From the NCBI GenBank assembly GCA_039187815.1, contig JBCCZI010000003.1, positions 39,535 to 103,534 of the forward strand: a DNA stretch of 64,000 bases, read 5' to 3'. Below, in pieces: positions 30,032 to 38,726 of the stretch (positions are counted from its first letter, which is position 1; each line of letters begins with the position of its first letter). The notes beneath the pieces were generated by a model that was given only the letters and a program-made list of their open reading frames with translations, had not been told where the DNA came from and did not search any database. The stretch is from Pseudomonadota bacterium (GTDB lineage Bacteria > Pseudomonadota > Alphaproteobacteria > Rhodobacterales > Rhodobacteraceae). Both the position numbers and the translations under genes were made by a program.

Positions 30032-30410
30032 CTTTGGCCTCCTGCTCCTCAAAGACCGCGAGGGCGGTGTTCAGCGCATTGATCGCGGACGGGAACCCGC
30101 CATAGAGCGCCATCTGCCAGATCACCTGGGCGATCTCGGTCTGGGTGAGGCCCGCCTTGAGCCCACCCTCGATGTTGACGCGCAGCTGCGGTGCGGTCTG
30201 CCCGCCCAGGGCCGTCAGCGCCGCGATCGTGGCGATGTAGCGGTCGCGGAGTGGCAGGCCCGGGCGGCTGTATTGCCGGCCATAGGCGAAATCGACCGCG
30301 CTCTCGGCCATGCCCGGCAACAGCGCGCCATAGCGGGCCTCGAGTGCGGCCTCCATCCCCGGATTGAGCTCGGCCACCAAAGCGCGGCCGCGGGCGAGGG
30401 TGTCTGTCAT
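30021..30410 (-). CDS. Carboxymuconolactone decarboxylase (CMD/AhpD-fold) family protein
   Basis: DFAYG..YSRPGL.LRDR...TIAAL.ALG...GL...EI...ALYGGFP. Confidence 0.82.
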   Translation of the reverse strand: MTDTLARGRALVAELNPGMEAALEARYGALLPGMAESAVDFAYGRQYSRPGLPLRDRYIATIAALTALGGQTAPQLRVNIEGGLKAGLTQTEIAQVIWQMALYGGFPSAINALNTALAVFEEQEAKDAP

Positions 30411-30415
30411 CGCGC

Positions 30416-31678
30416 TCAGCCCTTGTTCGACCAGCGATGGCCCTCGAACGCGCCGTGCGGGATGGTCACCGGCTTGTCGATCAGCGCCTTGTGCTTGCCG
30501 AGCGTGCCGGCCGAGACCATGGCGCCGAGCACATCGACGATCACCCGGGTCCCCATCAGCGCGGTGATGTCCGAGGTGTCATAGGGGGGCGAGACCTCGA
30601 CCAGTTCCATGCCGCAGATCCCTTGGGCTGCGACCTTGGAGGCGAGCGCCAACGCCTCGCGCGGCAGGAACCCACCCGGCTCGGGCCAGCCGGTGCCGGG
30701 CACAAAGCCGCAATCGATGCTGTCGATGTCGAAGGACATATAGACCATGTCGGCCCCGTCCCAGGCCATCTCGAGCGCCATCTCGGCGGTCTTGTCGATG
30801 CCCATCTTCTCCATATCGCCCATGGTGATGATGTTTGTGTTGCGCTCGCGGGCGACCTTCACCGCCTCACGCGGGACCTGCCAGCCGCCGATGCCCACCT
30901 GCACCAGGTTCTTGGCCGGTACGTTGGCCAGGTTGGTCGCGTGGAACCAGGGCGTGGTGTGCATGCGCTCGTCCAGGTCCTTTTCCTGGATATCCGCATG
31001 GCGGTCGAAATGCACGATGCCGATGGTCTTGGAGGTGCACTCGGCGATGCCGCGCACACAAGGAAACCCGATCGAGTGGTCGCCGCCGATCATGATGGGC
31101 AGCGAGCCCGAGGAGAAGACATGGCTGACCGCGCGCGAGATCTGGTCGAAGCTCTTCTCGAGATTGGCCGGGATGGTGAACACATCGCCCGCATCGCAGA
31201 GCGTCATCTGTTCGCGCAGATCGACCCCGATCTCGTAGTTATAGGGCGTGTAGAGAGCGGAGATCTTGCGCACCCCCTGGGGTCCAAAGCGCGTGCCCGG
31301 GCGATAGGTGGTGCCCCCGTCAAAGGGGATGCCGAGCACGGTGGCGTCATAGTGCCCGACCTCGGTGACGTCCTCGGTATAGGGCGCCTTGAGGAAGGTG
31401 TTGATGCCCGCGTAATGGGGCAGCTCGCCGCGCGCAAAGGTCGGGATCGACTTGTCCTCGATGCTGTCGGCGCCGGTCAGGCCCATGCGCAGCGCCCAGG
31501 CGCGCTCCTCGGCCCAGCGCCCCTCGGGGATCTCGGCCTCGGCGCGGGCTGCCTTCCAGCCCTGCAGTTTGGTGAGGTCCGGGTGGTGGGCGCGGGCCCG
31601 CTCGGGCCGGCCGAGTAGGGCCGAGAGATCGGCGCGCGGCGCGTGCCGGCGGGGGCAACGGGGGCGGGGATGGCTCAC
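30416..31678 (-). CDS. gdmH: Ureohydrolase, guanidine hydrolase (GdmH)-like
   Basis: SIPTFARGELPHYAGINTFLKAPY, TTYRPGTRFGP, GGDHSIGFP, HFDRHAD..EKDLDERMHT, SFDIDSID, GTGWPEPGG; downstream of a guanidine-I riboswitch. Confidence 0.82.
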   Translation of the reverse strand: MSHPRPRCPRRHAPRADLSALLGRPERARAHHPDLTKLQGWKAARAEAEIPEGRWAEERAWALRMGLTGADSIEDKSIPTFARGELPHYAGINTFLKAPYTEDVTEVGHYDATVLGIPFDGGTTYRPGTRFGPQGVRKISALYTPYNYEIGVDLREQMTLCDAGDVFTIPANLEKSFDQISRAVSHVFSSGSLPIMIGGDHSIGFPCVRGIAECTSKTIGIVHFDRHADIQEKDLDERMHTTPWFHATNLANVPAKNLVQVGIGGWQVPREAVKVARERNTNIITMGDMEKMGIDKTAEMALEMAWDGADMVYMSFDIDSIDCGFVPGTGWPEPGGFLPREALALASKVAAQGICGMELVEVSPPYDTSDITALMGTRVIVDVLGAMVSAGTLGKHKALIDKPVTIPHGAFEGHRWSNKG

Positions 31679-32457
31679 GGGGTCGGCTCCTCGGCTGGTT
31701 GAGAGATGGCGGGCTTTTGGATCAGGCCCTGGCCGGTCGGCAGGCTCAGAATCTCGAACCCGAGCTCCTCGGCCAACGCGTCGAAGGCCCGATGCTGCAC
31801 CGGATAGCCCTCATAATTGTAGTCATCGAGCACCACATAGCCGCCCGGGGTCATGCGCGGCCAGAAGTGGCGAAAGGCGGCAATCTCGGGCGCGGCGTTG
31901 TTCATGTCGATCGAGAGAAAGGCGACCGGGCCGGTCTCGACGCCCTCGAGGCTGGCGGGCACCGAGCCTTGGACGAAATGCACCCGCTCGAACTCGGCGA
32001 AATTGCGTTTGACCGCATCGATATTGGTGCTCTTGTAGAGGCCGAGGCGCCCGTCTTCGGCCTCTTCCGGCGTGACCAGCGCAGGATCGAGCCCCTCGAA
32101 GGTGTCGAACAGCCACGCCTCGCGGCCGAGCGCGTTCCAGCCGAGGCGCTGCATCACGGCGGCCATCAGGAACCCGGTGTTCACGCCGCACTCGACGAAA
32201 GTGCCGGGCAGGCGAGCGCATTGCTGCGCGGCCCACAGCACCACATGGAGGCGCCAGCGGATCTTGGGGTGGCCGGGGCTCGCCGCCTCGCCGCGCGCGA
32301 GTGCCGCCTGGAAGGCGGGGTCGTCGAGAAAGGCGGTCTGGTTCCAGGTGGCAAGCCGGTCCTCGTGGAAATAGCCCGGGCGGTACCAGTGCAGCACCAT
32401 GCCGAGCTTGCGCAGCAATCGTTTGGCCGGGCGCTTGATCGGTCGCAGATCCACCAT
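31675..32457 (-). CDS. TylF/MycF-family methyltransferase inside the guanidine operon
   Basis: WRLHVVLWAA, GTFVECGVNTG, LFDTFEG, VQGSVP, FLSIDMN, VVLDDY; GAGG RBS before ATG 32457; GTGA overlap with gdmH. Confidence 0.82.
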   Translation of the reverse strand: MVDLRPIKRPAKRLLRKLGMVLHWYRPGYFHEDRLATWNQTAFLDDPAFQAALARGEAASPGHPKIRWRLHVVLWAAQQCARLPGTFVECGVNTGFLMAAVMQRLGWNALGREAWLFDTFEGLDPALVTPEEAEDGRLGLYKSTNIDAVKRNFAEFERVHFVQGSVPASLEGVETGPVAFLSIDMNNAAPEIAAFRHFWPRMTPGGYVVLDDYNYEGYPVQHRAFDALAEELGFEILSLPTGQGLIQKPAISQPAEEPTP

Positions 32458-32470
32458 GGCGTGCCTCGCT

Positions 32471-33223
32471 CTATGATCCGGGCAGCCTCTGGAATGGGAT
32501 GCCTCCATCCCGAGCATCGATATCGTAAGTGATCGTTGCGCCATAGGCCTCTGGTGCATCGGGGTCCCAGCGCACCTTGTCAAAGACCAGAACGCGGTCG
32601 CCGAGCTTGAAGCCTTCGGAGAGGTCATGGGTCACCATAAAGACGGTCATGCCCGTCTCGGCGCGCAGCTCGAGCAAAAAGTCGTGCATGCGCAGCCGCG
32701 TGCCCGGGTCGAGCGCGCCGAAGGGCTCATCGAGCAGCATGACCTGGGGCCGGCCGGCCAGCGCCTGGGCAATGGCTAGGCGCTGCTGCTGGCCGCCTGA
32801 GAGCGCGGCGGGGTACTTCTCGGCCTCGGCGCCGAGGCCGATGCGCTCGAGCACCTCTTGGGCGCGGCCCGCCGCCGCCCGCCGGCGCCCGCCGAAAAAC
32901 CGGGCAAGCCATCCGCCCGCGCCCAGGTCCTCGGCCGCGATCAGATTGTCGCGCACGGTCATGTGGGGAAAGACCGAATAGCGTTGAAACACGACGCCCC
33001 GGTCGCGGCCAGGCTCGCGCGCCGGTGGCTGTCCGGCGATGCGGATCTCGCCCTGGCTCGGCGTCTCTTGGGCCAGCAGCAGGCGCAGGAAGGTGGATTT
33101 GCCGCAGCCCGAGGCGCCAACGATCGAGACGAAGGCGCCCTCCTCGACCTCGAGCGAGATGCCCTCCAGCACCGGGCGGAACCCATAACTGTGCACCAGG
33201 CCCTGGACCGAGACGAGGCTCAT
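32471..33223 (-). CDS. ABC transporter ATPase (NitT/TauT type; guanidine uptake)
   Basis: GASGCGKST, LSGGQQQRLAIA, LLDEPFGALDP. Confidence 0.9.
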   Translation of the reverse strand: MSLVSVQGLVHSYGFRPVLEGISLEVEEGAFVSIVGASGCGKSTFLRLLLAQETPSQGEIRIAGQPPAREPGRDRGVVFQRYSVFPHMTVRDNLIAAEDLGAGGWLARFFGGRRRAAAGRAQEVLERIGLGAEAEKYPAALSGGQQQRLAIAQALAGRPQVMLLDEPFGALDPGTRLRMHDFLLELRAETGMTVFMVTHDLSEGFKLGDRVLVFDKVRWDPDAPEAYGATITYDIDARDGGIPFQRLPGS

Positions 33224-34032
33224 CGCGTCTCACCCGCCCATGGATAGGCGCGCCGGGCATAGAGCCGCAGCCCTTGGTCGATCAGGAAGGCCAGCAGCGT
33301 GATCCAGACCACATAAGGCAGGATCACATCCATCGCCAAATAGCGCCGCACCAGGAAGATACGGTAGCCAAGGCCCTCGGTGGAGGCGATCGCCTCGGCC
33401 GCGATCAAGAACAGCCAGGCGGGGCCGAGCCCGAGCCGCACCGCCTGGACCAGCCGCGGCATCACCTGGGGCAGCACGACGCGCACCGCGATGGCCCAAC
33501 TCGAGGCGCCGAGCGTCTGGGCCTTGACCAGGATCTCTTGCGGGATCTCCGCCACCCGTTGCGCGATGTCGCGGATCATGATGGGCGCGATGCCGATGAC
33601 GATGAGCGCGACCTTCGAGACCTCCCCAAGCCCGAAGACGATGAAGAGGATCGGCAGGATCGCGAGCGGTGGGATCAGCGACAACGCGGCAAAGAAGGGC
33701 GACAGCCCGGCGCCCGCATAGGGCAAGAGCCCGCTGAGCACGCCAAAGACCAGAGCCGCCACCGTGGCGATGCCGACGCCGAGCGCCAGGCGCCAGAGGC
33801 TGGCGGCCGTGTCCTTCCACAGCAGGATGTCGCCCGAGCGGCGGTCGGGCTCGGAGGCCAAGCGCACCGCGGTCGTGCCGATCTGCTCGAGCGAGGGCAA
33901 GAGCTTGTCCGCCGGGTTGTCGGCCCGCCGGATGTCCGAGGCGACCGCATAGGCCAAGAGCAACAGCACGAAGGGCAGCAGGCTGAGCGCCAGCGCCCCC
34001 ACCCGGATGGGCTTTCGGTTGATCCACCGCAT
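33220..34032 (-). CDS. ABC transporter permease (NitT/TauT type; guanidine uptake)
   Basis: NPADKLLPS, IPPLAILPILFI, KAQTLGAS, IAAEAIAST.GLGYRIFLVRRY. Confidence 0.9.
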   Translation of the reverse strand: MRWINRKPIRVGALALSLLPFVLLLLAYAVASDIRRADNPADKLLPSLEQIGTTAVRLASEPDRRSGDILLWKDTAASLWRLALGVGIATVAALVFGVLSGLLPYAGAGLSPFFAALSLIPPLAILPILFIVFGLGEVSKVALIVIGIAPIMIRDIAQRVAEIPQEILVKAQTLGASSWAIAVRVVLPQVMPRLVQAVRLGLGPAWLFLIAAEAIASTEGLGYRIFLVRRYLAMDVILPYVVWITLLAFLIDQGLRLYARRAYPWAGETR

Positions 34033-34070
34033 GGGGAGCGCCCCCGGGGACAGGCCCCGGGGCCGTGGCC

Positions 34071-35132
34071 TCAGAGCGCCCCGTCCGCAGCCATTTGCAT
34101 GTATTCGGTCGCGAAGCGGAACTTCACATTGTTCGCATCCCCCGTGGTCGAGCCATCGGGATAGGCGACGCCGACGAAATCCGCAGAGGGCGCGCCCTCG
34201 CCAAGGATCCCCTTGTCGAACAGGAACTCGGCGACGCTCACCATGGTCTTCGGCAGATCCGCGCCCTCGGTGAAAGCGACCGCATCGGCGGGAGCATAGA
34301 ACATCTCGGTCGAGGCGAGCTGCGCCTTGTATCCGGCGAGATCGGTGCCCGAGGCCTCGGCCATGGCGGTCAGAGCGGCCTCATCCCCCGCGGCCATCAG
34401 GGCCATGGTCTCGTACCAGGCGCCGACCATGGCTTTGCCAAAGGACGGGTTGGCCTCCAGCACCTCGGTGTTGACCACCATCAGATCGATGATCTCACCG
34501 GGGATGTCCGAGCTGTCGAAGACATTGGTGGCGTAGCCGCCCTCGAGAATCGTCGAGACCAGCGGGTTCCAGGTGACGACCGCGGCCACATCCGGCGTGG
34601 TGTAGGCCGCGACCATATCGGCGTCGGACGTGTTGATGACCGCCTCGAGATCGCGCTCGGACAGCCCAACGCTGTCAAGCCCGCGCGCCAGCAGATAGTG
34701 CGAAACCGACAGCTCCACGAGGTTCACTGGCTTGCCCTTGAGGTCGGCGAGCCCGCCCTCTTTGACCAGCACCGCGTCATTACCGTTCGAGAAGTCGCCA
34801 ACGATCAGCGCGGTGGTGTCGATGCCGCCACCCGAAGGGATCGAGAGGGTGTCCATATTGGTCGCCGAGACCCCGTCAAAGGCGCCGGCGGTGTATTGGT
34901 TGATGCTCTCGATGTAGTCGTTGATCTGCACGACCTCGATCGAGATGCCGTATTTGTCGGCCCATTTGTCGATGATGCCGCTGTCGGACATATAGCCCCA
35001 CGGCATCCAGCCCACATAGATCGACCAGGCGACGCGGAACTCGGTTTTCTCCTGGGCCAGCGCCGGGACGGCGGCGAAGGCCGCGGCGGCCACGGCAATG
35101 GCGGCGGTCAGGGATCGGAAGGATCTCGGCAT
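34071..35132 (-). CDS. ABC substrate-binding protein (family annotated as putative urea; likely guanidine)
   Basis: Signal peptide; AWSIYVGWMPW, NDYIESINQY, TNMDTL, DFSNGND, SVSHYLL, WNP, GEIIDL. Confidence 0.88.
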   Translation of the reverse strand: MPRSFRSLTAAIAVAAAAFAAVPALAQEKTEFRVAWSIYVGWMPWGYMSDSGIIDKWADKYGISIEVVQINDYIESINQYTAGAFDGVSATNMDTLSIPSGGGIDTTALIVGDFSNGNDAVLVKEGGLADLKGKPVNLVELSVSHYLLARGLDSVGLSERDLEAVINTSDADMVAAYTTPDVAAVVTWNPLVSTILEGGYATNVFDSSDIPGEIIDLMVVNTEVLEANPSFGKAMVGAWYETMALMAAGDEAALTAMAEASGTDLAGYKAQLASTEMFYAPADAVAFTEGADLPKTMVSVAEFLFDKGILGEGAPSADFVGVAYPDGSTTGDANNVKFRFATEYMQMAADGAL

Positions 35133-35215
35133 CAGGCACGCTCCCGCTCGTCTCGGCTGCGAAACGGGCCGACCGGCGGAGACGAGCCGGGCGCAGGTCG
35201 GTCCGGCGCAGTGCT

Positions 35216-35320
35216 CTCCCGGGCTTTTCCCCCGCCGTGTGCCCGACGCGAATTTGCGCAACCGGGTGTCGCCTCTCGGACCAGACGCTGCCGCGCAGCC
35301 GGAACCCTAGACGACCTGCG
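35216..35320 (-). ncRNA. Guanidine-I (ykkC-yxkD) riboswitch
   Basis: Minus strand CTAGGGTTCCGG...CTGGTCCGAGAG...ACACGGCGGGGGAAAAGCCCGGGAG, upstream of the SBP gene. Confidence 0.93.
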
Positions 35321-35330
35321 ATGAGGGCGA

Positions 35331-35347
35331 TGCACGATGCGTGCCAG
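35331..35347 (-). promoter_or_regulatory. sigma54 (-24/-12) promoter
   Basis: CTGGCACGCATCGTGCA: GG-N10-GC; predicted TSS ~35320 coincides with the riboswitch 5' end. Confidence 0.7.
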
Positions 35348-35443
35348 ACACGCGGCCCCCTGCCATAGACCCACGATGGCAGGGCCCCGTCGCACCGCCG
35401 GGCCCCTGAGTGATCAAAAAACCAGCGGACCGGTGACCAAGAC

Positions 35444-37894
35444 TTAGGCGCGCATGTGGGCACCATTGGCGTCATAGGCCGGCGCGCCCAGAACCTCGGC
35501 GCCGTAGCGCTCGCCCAGGATCTCGACCTCGAGGCGGGTGCCGGGTGTCGCCGAGGCCACCTGCACATAGCCCATCGCCATCGAGCGCCCGACCCGGTGG
35601 CCATAGCCGCCCGAGCTGACATAGCCGACCGCCTCGTCGCCAAGCAGAATCGCCTCGTCGCTGGCGACATCGATCCCGTCCACATCCAGCGTCATGGTCA
35701 CGAGCTTGCGGGCCGGGCCGGTGGCGCGCACGGTCTCGGTGGCCTCGCGACCGACGAAGTCCTTCTTCCAGTCGATGAAGGCGTCCATGCCGCTCTCGAC
35801 CGCGTCGAAATCCGGGCGGTATTCCAGCGTCCAGACGCCCCAGCCCTTCTCGAGCCGCATCGACATCAGCGCCCGGGCCCCGTACCAACGATATCCGAGA
35901 TCGGCGCCCGCCTCCTCGATGCTCTGGGCCAGGCGCAGCAGATACTGCGGACGGCAATAGATCTCGAAGCCGAGCTCGCCCGAGAAACTGATCCGGTTGA
36001 GCAGCGCGGGCACCCCGCCCACCGAGACCAGCCGGCAATCGCGGAAGCGCAGCGCCGTGCCCGACACATCCTCCCGCGTTATACGGGACAACAGCGCGCG
36101 CGACTGCGGCCCCGACAGCGCGATGCCGTGCCAATCGTCCGAGATGTTGGCATAGGCGACATCCTGGGGCCGGCTCTGCTCGAACCAGCGGCGATGCGCC
36201 TCTTGCATCGCGCCCGAGCCAATCAGCCAGAAGTGATCCTCGTCGAGACAGGCCACGGTCAGATCGCCGTAGAGCCGGCCCTTGGGCGTGAGCATTGGCG
36301 TGAGGGTCAGCCGCCCCGGCCCTGGCACCCGGCCCGCCAACAGGCGGTCGAGCCAGGCGCGCGCGCCCGCACCGCGGATCTCGTGCTTGCCGAAATTGGC
36401 GATCTCGATGCCGCCGACCGCCTCCTGCACCGTCTTCACCTCGCGCGCCACATAGGCATGCGAGCGGCTGCGCTCGAAGCTCGGATCCTCCCAGGCATCC
36501 GCCGGGCCGTCCCCGAACCACAGCGCGTTCTCGAGCCCGAAGCCCTGGTCCATGCGCGCGCCCTTGGCCACCAGGCGGTCATAGAGCGCGGTGGTCTTTT
36601 GGAGCCGGCCCTTGGGCAGCGTCTCATTAGGGAAGGTCATGACGAAGCGCCGCTCATAGTTCTCGGTCGACTTCACGGTGCCCCAATCGGGCGTCGCCCA
36701 GTCGCCAAAGCGCGCGACATCCATGGCCCAGACATCGATCGAGGGCTCGCCATGGATCATCCACTCGGCCATGGTGAGGCCAACGCCGCCGCCCTGGCAG
36801 AAGCCCGCCATCACACCCACTGCGACCCAATAGTTCGTCATGCCCGGCATCGGCCCGATCATCGGGTTGCCGTCGGGGCCGAAGGTGAAGGGGCCGTTGA
36901 TCACGTCCTTGATGCCGGCCTCGCCGATGGCGGGGATACGCTCAAAGCTCATCTCGAGCCGGTCGGCGATGCGGTCGAGATCGGGCGGCAACAGCTCGTG
37001 CCCGAAATCCCAGGGCGTGCCGGCGACCTTCCAGGGCGTGCCCTTGGGCTCATAGGTGCCGAGCAGCATGCCCTCGCGCTCTTGGCGGAAATAGATATTG
37101 GCCTCGTAATCGATGCCCGAGGGCAGCCGGGTCGGGTGGGTCGCCACGGCATCGATCCGGTCGGTCAGCAGATAGTGGTGCTCCATGGGCTGCACCGGCA
37201 GGGCGAGGCCCGCCATCTGACCCACCTCGCGCGCCCAGAGCCCGCCGCAGTTGACCACGATCTCGGCGTTCAGCGTACCCGTGGGCGTGGTGACGTCCCA
37301 CGAGCCGTCCGCGCGCTGCGTCGTCGCGGTCACCGGCGTGTGGGTGAAGTACTGCCCGCCATGCACCCGCGCCGATTTGGCAAAGGCATAAGTGGCGCCG
37401 GAGGGATCGAGATCTCCGTCCTGGTCGTCCCAAAGCGCGGCCAGATAGTGCTTGGGGTCGATCAGCGGATGGCGTTCGGCCACCTCCTTGGGGCTGATGA
37501 ACTCCTGGTGCAGGCCCATATAGCGGGCCTTAGAGCGCTCGCGTTTGAGATAGTCGTACCAGGTCTTGTTCGACGCGAGATAAAAACCGCCGGTGATGTG
37601 CAACCCCACCGAATGGCCCGAGGTCTCCTCGATCTCGCGGTAGAGGTCGATCGTGTAGCTCTGCAGCCGGCTGATGTTCGGATCCGAGCTGATCGTGTGG
37701 ATCTGCCCCGCCGCGTGCCAGGACGAGCCCGAGGTCAGTTCGTTGCGTTCCAGCAGCACCACGTCTTTCCAGCCGAACTTGGCCAGGTGGAACAGGATCG
37801 AGCAGCCCACCACGCCGCCGCCGATGATCGCGACCTTGGCATGGCTCGGCAGGGCTTTGGCGGGCGCGGGCTCGTCGGTCTGGATCTCGGGCAT
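35444..37894 (-). CDS. GcvT-family FAD-dependent oxidoreductase (dimethylglycine/sarcosine dehydrogenase-like)
   Basis: IIGGGVVG, SGSSWHAAG, PMEHHY, INGPFTFGPDG, C-terminal GcvT domain (RISFSGELGFEI, EKGW). Confidence 0.9.
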   Translation of the reverse strand: MPEIQTDEPAPAKALPSHAKVAIIGGGVVGCSILFHLAKFGWKDVVLLERNELTSGSSWHAAGQIHTISSDPNISRLQSYTIDLYREIEETSGHSVGLHITGGFYLASNKTWYDYLKRERSKARYMGLHQEFISPKEVAERHPLIDPKHYLAALWDDQDGDLDPSGATYAFAKSARVHGGQYFTHTPVTATTQRADGSWDVTTPTGTLNAEIVVNCGGLWAREVGQMAGLALPVQPMEHHYLLTDRIDAVATHPTRLPSGIDYEANIYFRQEREGMLLGTYEPKGTPWKVAGTPWDFGHELLPPDLDRIADRLEMSFERIPAIGEAGIKDVINGPFTFGPDGNPMIGPMPGMTNYWVAVGVMAGFCQGGGVGLTMAEWMIHGEPSIDVWAMDVARFGDWATPDWGTVKSTENYERRFVMTFPNETLPKGRLQKTTALYDRLVAKGARMDQGFGLENALWFGDGPADAWEDPSFERSRSHAYVAREVKTVQEAVGGIEIANFGKHEIRGAGARAWLDRLLAGRVPGPGRLTLTPMLTPKGRLYGDLTVACLDEDHFWLIGSGAMQEAHRRWFEQSRPQDVAYANISDDWHGIALSGPQSRALLSRITREDVSGTALRFRDCRLVSVGGVPALLNRISFSGELGFEIYCRPQYLLRLAQSIEEAGADLGYRWYGARALMSMRLEKGWGVWTLEYRPDFDAVESGMDAFIDWKKDFVGREATETVRATGPARKLVTMTLDVDGIDVASDEAILLGDEAVGYVSSGGYGHRVGRSMAMGYVQVASATPGTRLEVEILGERYGAEVLGAPAYDANGAHMRA

Positions 37895-38051
37895 GCGGCT
37901 CTCCATGGGCGATCTGCCCGACAGCTTAGCCATGGCCGCGCGGGGGGTGACTGCAAAAAACCTGACCTCTTGTCGCCCGAAGGCGACCTGCGGCCCCTTG
38001 CGCCCGGCTGCCGTGCGCGCAACCATTGGCCGGTCGACCGAGGAGGCAGAC

Positions 38052-38627
38052 ATGACGGACCGGCTGAGTGCGATGCTGGCGGCGATTGACGCGGCGAACG
38101 CCCTGGACCCGACGCTGGAGCGCGATGGCGCGGCCGAGCAGCCGGCCGCCCTGCTCTATGGCCAGCGGATGAGCGCCGAGCTCGACCGCCTCGCCCCCAA
38201 CGCGCCCGAGCTGTTGCGCATCGCCGCCCGCGGCCAGCACATCGAGCGCTGGAAGATGCCGCGCACCGCGTATCCCGAGGGGCGCGCGGGCTATCTCGAC
38301 TGGCGCCGCGCCCAGGCGGTCTTCCATGGCGAGCGGGTGGGCGGGCTGATGGCCGAGGCCGGCTATGCCCCCGAGGACGGCGCCCGCGTCGGCGCCATGC
38401 TGCGCAAAGAGGGCATCAAGCGCGATCCGGAGGTGCAACTGCTCGAGGACGTCATCTGCTTTGTCTTCGTGCGCTGGTATCTCGGCGCCTTTGCCGCCAA
38501 GCATGCCGAAGAGGACGTGGTCCGCATCGTCGGCAAAACCGCACGCAAGATGTCCGGGGAGGCACGCCGGCGTATGCTGGCGGAGTTCGACCTTGCCCCC
38601 GTGATGGCTGCCGCGATCCGCCCCTGA
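38052..38627 (+). CDS. DUF4202-family protein
   Basis: AIDAANALDP, YGQRMS, AARGQHIERW, GYLDWR, QLLEDVICFVF, KMS. Confidence 0.85.
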   Translation: MTDRLSAMLAAIDAANALDPTLERDGAAEQPAALLYGQRMSAELDRLAPNAPELLRIAARGQHIERWKMPRTAYPEGRAGYLDWRRAQAVFHGERVGGLMAEAGYAPEDGARVGAMLRKEGIKRDPEVQLLEDVICFVFVRWYLGAFAAKHAEEDVVRIVGKTARKMSGEARRRMLAEFDLAPVMAAAIRP

Positions 38628-38657
38628 GGGCCTCGCCCGCCCCATCGCAGGTGCCTC

Positions 38658-38679
38658 TTGACCTTCCAGTTGATGGAAG
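38658..38679 (+). promoter_or_regulatory. CueR operator overlapping the -35 of copA
   Basis: TTGACC followed by palindrome CTTCCA-gttga-TGGAAG. Confidence 0.85.
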
Positions 38680-38726
38680 CCCCACATGCCCGTATGTGGG
38701 CGCGTGTGACAGGCTGCGGGACAGGT

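Noticed and set aside
35456-38089. 877-aa plus-strand ORF
   Set aside because: Antisense shadow of the GcvT-family dehydrogenase.
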